DNA from: Strigamia acuminata
Taxonomy: Eukaryota
Length of the DNA: 64,000 nt
Assembly (NCBI GenBank): GCA_949358305.1
Contig: OX442314.1
Coordinates: 18,538,001 to 18,602,000, forward strand
Direction: 5' to 3'
The notes under the pieces: generated by a model
Database searches by the model: none
What the model saw: the letters and a program-made list of their open reading frames with translations, nothing else
What the model was told of the DNA's origin: nothing
Translations under genes and position numbers: made by a program
Part shown: piece by piece, positions 58,341-64,000 of the stretch
How positions within the stretch are numbered: the first letter of the stretch is position 1
Layout of the letters: each line of letters starts with the position of its first letter

Positions 58341-60675
58341 ATGAAATTTATCGATTTAAAACAGGACGGCAAATCACCGTACGATTCGATTATAACTAAC
58401 AGTTGTGGGCCTAACTATGTACTAAATAGACTTGACTTGTTTGAATCTATGATAAAAGAGCAAGTAAGAATGCTAAACCTTAACCTTACCATCTTAAACG
58501 ACATTCCGTCATTGCTAATCTGCATTAATCTATCAGGGCATTATATTCTGGTTCAGGTTTTGGTTAATGTTTTCTTCTACACCTTGCTGCAGTGACCTGG
58601 AAATGGTAAAATAACATAACTTAATTTAAAACTGTTACAGTGCAAATTGTTAAATGTAAAAGATTTGTCACTAACAGATTCAAAAGCAATGGCCGTATGA
58701 AAGAACCACAGCAAATATTCAGATACATAAAGAATTTCTTAAAGGTATCACTTCAACTAAAATAATTTAACTTAAATTAAATTTGCTTAATATCAAGATG
58801 CATCCTAAGTTTGTTTACATGGTACAACAAAAATAAACAACAAAACCCACCTAACTGTAGTTTCACCTGGAAGCATTATATTATAAAAATTAAAAGTTTG
58901 ACTTCCAAATCTAACTTATGACTTTTAACTTTAAATTTTTGATTTATCTTGCAGGTTCGGTTGAAGATATGATAAGTTATTGTTTAAATGAAGCTATCAA
59001 CCAGCTAAAATTTGCGAGTATTATTACTTACAACCACTTCATCATTGCCGCCATGTGTTAAATCAATTTATTTTGTAGGAATTTTACCACATACATCAAA
59101 ACGAAAAACCAGCTACCAGATGTTAAACAATTTGGTGCGTGAGCCAAAATGATTCTATAAAATCGTAATTTTGGATGTATCTAAGCAACACGGTGTTTTA
59201 CATGTTTCTAAAATAGGTGCAAGAATGTTCTGACACAGCATTTGGTGCGTCATTGTGTGAAGTTTTTTACAAGTGGTTGAAAGCTAAAGATTTGACTGGC
59301 AAATGCCAAAATTATTGGCAAATTCCGAACGAATATTTAGATCCTGCTTTTGAACCAGGAATTTTAGAAAAATTCTTGGTCGAACGTTGGGATAACAATT
59401 TGGTCGTTCTACTGGGAGTCAATTTACGAGATATTCCTTGGCTACTGAAGATATTATACAGTTCAAAACTAACTACTGAACTCATGTATCACATCACGGA
59501 CAAAGATCCAATGCTATCTGCAATTGTGGAATTTTTAAGAAAATACAGACACAGAACGAGAGTTCACATTAGAAATGCTGACGAACATCTGGAGGTAAAT
59601 CATAGCGCAATTTATTAATGACAACCAATAAGAACGGTTACAAAACAGCCATCGTTCAGCTGACCAACAAACTTTCGTTATATCAAACCGATTTTATGGG
59701 TCCCTTGCAATTCGTTATAAGGAGATTCAACTGTACTGATAAGCTGTTCGATAAATAACCTTTTTCTTTTAAATGGATGCTGTATTAGCAGATTAGACAA
59801 ACGAACCCTGATGCTGGCAAAATTAATAGAAAAAGTAGGAGTTCCAAAAAGAATGGAATCTGTTGCAACAATGTAAATTCTGGTTTCCCAAATGATGCAT
59901 CGTTACAGCATGAAGATTTTTCTATATGTTGCTACTGCTCGGGAACTGGATCCAATTTATCAAATCTGATTAAATGCAAAAGGTGAGTCATCAACTGCAT
60001 TTAATCCTGAATGCTAAGCGACTTGACAGACTTTCATTCCTTTATGTCATTTCCTGATGTCAAAAAGAGGTAAAGCAAGAAAAGTAGCAAAGTAAAAGAA
60101 TAAGGGAAATTAGAAACCTACTTACCGTATAAGCTTAAACGTGGGACTCGAAATGTCACTGCGCATGCTCAGAGCATATTTACGAATAAATGCCAGTATG
60201 ATTTGTTTTTGAGACACCCACTACAATATATACGTTTCAATGTTTCCCCTAATATTGCACTCAACTCGCCTAATGAAAATCTGCAAAGTCACTTTTCAAG
60301 ATGTTCGTGATGTTGACAGCTTTTTTCATTGCAGATGCATTTCAGAAAATTGGGAAAAGCCAAGATGTTATTGTACTTTTATATGTCAGAGTAAGTACAC
60401 ACAGTTTACACTGTAACCCCAAAAAAACCTTAACCAATATAATTTTTTCACTTCACATAGTGGAACATTGGTTTCTGAATCATAATAATGAGCATAATGT
60501 GATGGAGATGCATGAAACAAACAATTCCTCTGGGCCACTAGAAACTATGCCCAAACCGCTAACACGTGGCATCAAACATGTTAAGAACACGCCAACGATG
60601 TCTACTAAAAGCTGCATGGAATCACGTGGTAGTAAAGTTGGTATTAAAAAAATATCTAAAATTGTGAAAGTCTGA
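58341..60675 (+). CDS. Family member 8: 9-exon gene with MYND-like finger
   Basis: MKFIDL..SCGPNYVLNR|GIIFWFRFWLMF..|IQKQWP..|GSVEDMISYCL..|..|VQECSDTAFGASLCEVFYKWL..|..CCYC..IKCKR|CISENWEKPRCYCTFICQ|MEHWFLNHNNEH. Confidence 0.85.
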
Positions 60676-61024
60676 GATTCTGTAATTGTAGCTCAAGAAA
60701 GCAAAAACATAAATAAAAATGTTATTTGTCGGTTCCGGTAATTGGGTTCACTATTTAAAAATAAAAACAATGACGAATTGCATCACCAGACGGCAAACTA
60801 AATCAGTGGTTTATGGGTAAATAAATTCGATCTAGAAAACTTTAGTGTAACTAAATAATATTGTTTTAGCTCTAACAGTAAGTTATCCAAATTTTTAAGA
60901 AACTGTATCATTTCAATTGAACATCACATTTATTTTGAGATTTATTAATCTGGCCACAGATACAAAGCATTTGCCACATGCCACTGTAATCAAAAAAGGC
61001 TTTTGGTCATTTGGTTTTAACAGA

Positions 61025-61120
61025 CAAAAGACCAAAAGATCAAAAAGATCAAAAAGATCAAAAAGACCAAAAAGATCAATAAGACCAAAAAAGACCAAAA
61101 ATGATCAAAAACGATTCAAA
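61025..61120. repeat. 9-bp tandem repeat (CAAAAAGAT/C) grading into the 11-bp satellite
   Basis: caaaagaccaaaagatcaaaaagatcaaaaagatc... Confidence 0.75.
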
Positions 61121-64000
61121 ATGATCCAAAATGACCCAAAATGACTCCCAAATGATTCCCAAATGACCGCTAAGCAATCCCCAAACGACCTCCAAATGAC
61201 CCCGAAACGACTCTCAAACAATCTCTAAATGACCCCCAAACAATTTCCAAACGACTCGCAAACGACCGCCAAACAATCCCCAAACAGCTCCAAAACGACC
61301 TCCAAACAATCTTCAAATGATCCCAAACGGCTCCCAAACAACTTCCAAACGGCTCCCAAACGACCCCCAAACGACCTTCAAACAACTCCCAAACAATCTT
61401 CAAATGATCGCAAGCAGCTCCCAAACGACCTCTAAATGACTTCCAAACAACCCCCAAACGACCTCCAAACGACCCTCAAACGATCTCCAAATGGCCCTTA
61501 AGTGGCTCCCAAACGACCTCCAAACGACTCCCAAACGACTTTTAAACAACCTCCAAATAACCTCCAAACGACCTTCAAACGGCTCCCAAACAACCTCCAA
61601 ACGACCCCCAAACAATCTTCATAAGACCCCTTAACAGCCTCTAAACGACTTCCAAACGACCCCCAAACAATCTTCAAATGATCCCAAACAGCTCCCAAAC
61701 AACCTCTAAATGACCCCCAAACGACCTTCAAACGGCTCTCAAATGACCCATAAACAACCTCCAAACGACCCCCAAACCTACAAACGACCCCCAAACCTAC
61801 AAACGATCCCCAAACAGCCTCCAAACGACTCAAATGACCTCCAAATGACCTCAAACAACCTCCAAATGACCTCAAACAACCTCCAAATGACCCGCAAACG
61901 ACCTTCATATGGCTCTCAAACGACCCACAAACAACCTCCAAACGACCCTCAAACGACCTCCAAATGGCCCCCAAACGGCTCCCAAACGACTCCCAAACGA
62001 CCTCCAAACGACTTTTAAACAACCTCTAAATAACCTCAAAACGACCTTCAAATAGCCCCCAAACGATCTCCAAACGATCTCCAAACGACCTCCAAACAAC
62101 CTCCAAACGACCCTCAAACGACCTCCAAACGACCCCCAAACCTACAAAAGACCCCCAAACCTACAAACGACCCCCAAACAGCCTCCAAACAACTCAAATG
62201 ACCTCCAAATGACCTCAAACAACCTCCAAATGACCCCCAAACAACCTCCAAATGACCCCCAAACAACCTTCATACGGCTCTCAAACGAACCTCCAAACGA
62301 CCCTCAAACGACCTCCAAATGACTCCCAAACGACCTCCAAATAACCTCCAAACAACACCCAAACGACCTCCAAACAACCTTCATATGACCTCCAAACGAC
62401 TCCCAAACAACCTCCAAACGACCTTCAAATGGCCCCCAAACGACCTCCAAACAACCTCCAAACGACCCCCAAACGACCTTCAAACAACTCCCAAACAATC
62501 TTCAAATGATCGCAAGCAGCTCCCAAACGACCTCTAAATGACTTCCAAACAACCCCCAAACGACCTCCAAACGACCCTCAAACGATCTCCAAATGGCCCT
62601 TAAGTGGCTCCCAAACGACCTCCAAACGACTCCCAAACGACTTTTAAACAACCTCCAAATAACCTCCAAACGACCTTCAAACGGCTCCCAAACAACCTCC
62701 AAACGACCCCCAAACAATCTTCATAAGACCCCTTAACAGCCTCTAAACGACTTCCAAACGACCCCCAAACAATCTTCAAATGATCCCAAACAGCTCCCAA
62801 ACAACCTCTAAATGACCCCCAAACGACCTTCAAACGGCTCTCAAATGACCCATAAACAACCTCCAAACGACCCCCAAACCTACAAACGACCCCCAAACCT
62901 ACAAACGATCCCCAAACAGCCTCCAAACGACTCAAATGACCTCCAAATGACCTCAAACAACCTCCAAATGACCTCAAACAACCTCCAAATGACCCGCAAA
63001 CGACTTTCATATGGCTCTCAAACGACCCACAAACAACCTCCAAACGACCCTCAAACGACCTCCAAATGGCCCCCAAACGGCTCCCAAACGACTCCCAAAC
63101 GACCTCCAAACGACTTTTAAACAACCTCTAAATAACCTCGAAACGACCTTCAAATAGCCCCCAAACGATCTCCAAACGATCTCCAAACGACCTCCAAACA
63201 ACCTCCAAACGACCCTCAAACGACCTCCAAACGACCCCCAAACCTTTAAACGACCCCCAAACCTACAAAAGACCCCCAAACCTACAAACGACCCCCAAAC
63301 AGCCTCCAAACAACTCAAATGACCTCCAAATGACCTCAAACAACCTCCAAATGACCCCCAAACAACCTTCATACGGCTCTCAAACGAACCTCCAAACGAC
63401 CCTCAAACGACCTCCAAATGACTCCCAAACGACCTCCAAATAACCTCCAAACAACACCCAAACGACCTCCAAACAACCTTCATATGACCTCCAAACGACT
63501 CCCAAACAACCTCCAAACGACCTTCAAATGGCCCCCAAACGACCTCCAAACAACCTCCAAACGACCCCCAAACCTACAAACGATCCCCAAATCCTACAAA
63601 CGACCCCCAAACAGCCTCCAAACGACTCAAATGGCCTCCAAATAACCTCAAACAACCACCAAATGACCTCAAACAACCTCCAAATGACCTTTAAATGACC
63701 TTGAAACAATCCCCAAACAACCTCCAAATGTCCCCCAAACGACCTTCAAACGACCCCCAAACGACCTCCAAACAACTCCCAAACGACCTCCAAACAACTC
63801 TCAAACGAGCTCCAAACAACCTCCAAACCTCCAAACAACCCCCAAACAACCTCCAAACAACCCCCAAACAATCCCGAAACGACCCCCAAACAATCCCGAA
63901 ACGACCCCAAAACAATCCCGAAACGACCCCAAAACAATTCCCAAACGATCCCAAAAAGACCCTCAAACAACGCCCAAACAACCTCTAAACCACCCTCAAA
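61120..64000. repeat. Satellite of degenerate ~11-bp monomers (CCAAACGACCT-like) with a ~1.1-kb higher-order repeat; runs off the window end
   Basis: Continuous C/A-rich, G-poor array. ORF pairs 61400/62502, 61498/62600 and 61710/62812 are near-identical at a 1102-bp offset. Confidence 0.93.

Noticed and set aside
61170..63988. Many ORFs on both strands (GGRLEVVW / PNDLQTTSK repeats)
   Set aside because: Artefacts of translating an 11-bp satellite; they occur in several frames with no gene structure.

Overview
AT-rich eukaryotic genomic DNA with short (about 50-90 nt) GT-AG introns; it is probably from an arthropod, judging by the Toll type and tRNAi-Met primer sequences. 1-21 kb: mostly non-coding, with MITEs, relics of decayed minus-strand exons and one intact young Ty1/copia retrotransposon (6546-11319). 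21.3-33.4 kb and 54.0-60.7 kb: eight tandem, co-oriented paralogues of an uncharacterised multi-exon gene family that the ORF track shows only in fragments. They share an N-terminal domain I do not recognise (MKFIxL...GCGPNFVLNR / FWFRFWL / MAFGxxLCxVFYKWL...YWxIP...LLGV...VPW). Six of them end in an atypical MYND-like zinc finger whose last ligand pair is H-x3-H. 34.8-53.7 kb, nested inside that array: four intronless multi-cysteine-cluster Toll-like receptor genes plus two TLR remnants, a second young copia element (minus strand, one frameshift) and a probable solo LTR. 61-64 kb: an ~11-bp C/A-rich satellite with a ~1.1-kb higher-order repeat. All exon and intron assignments were read by eye; no database search was run.
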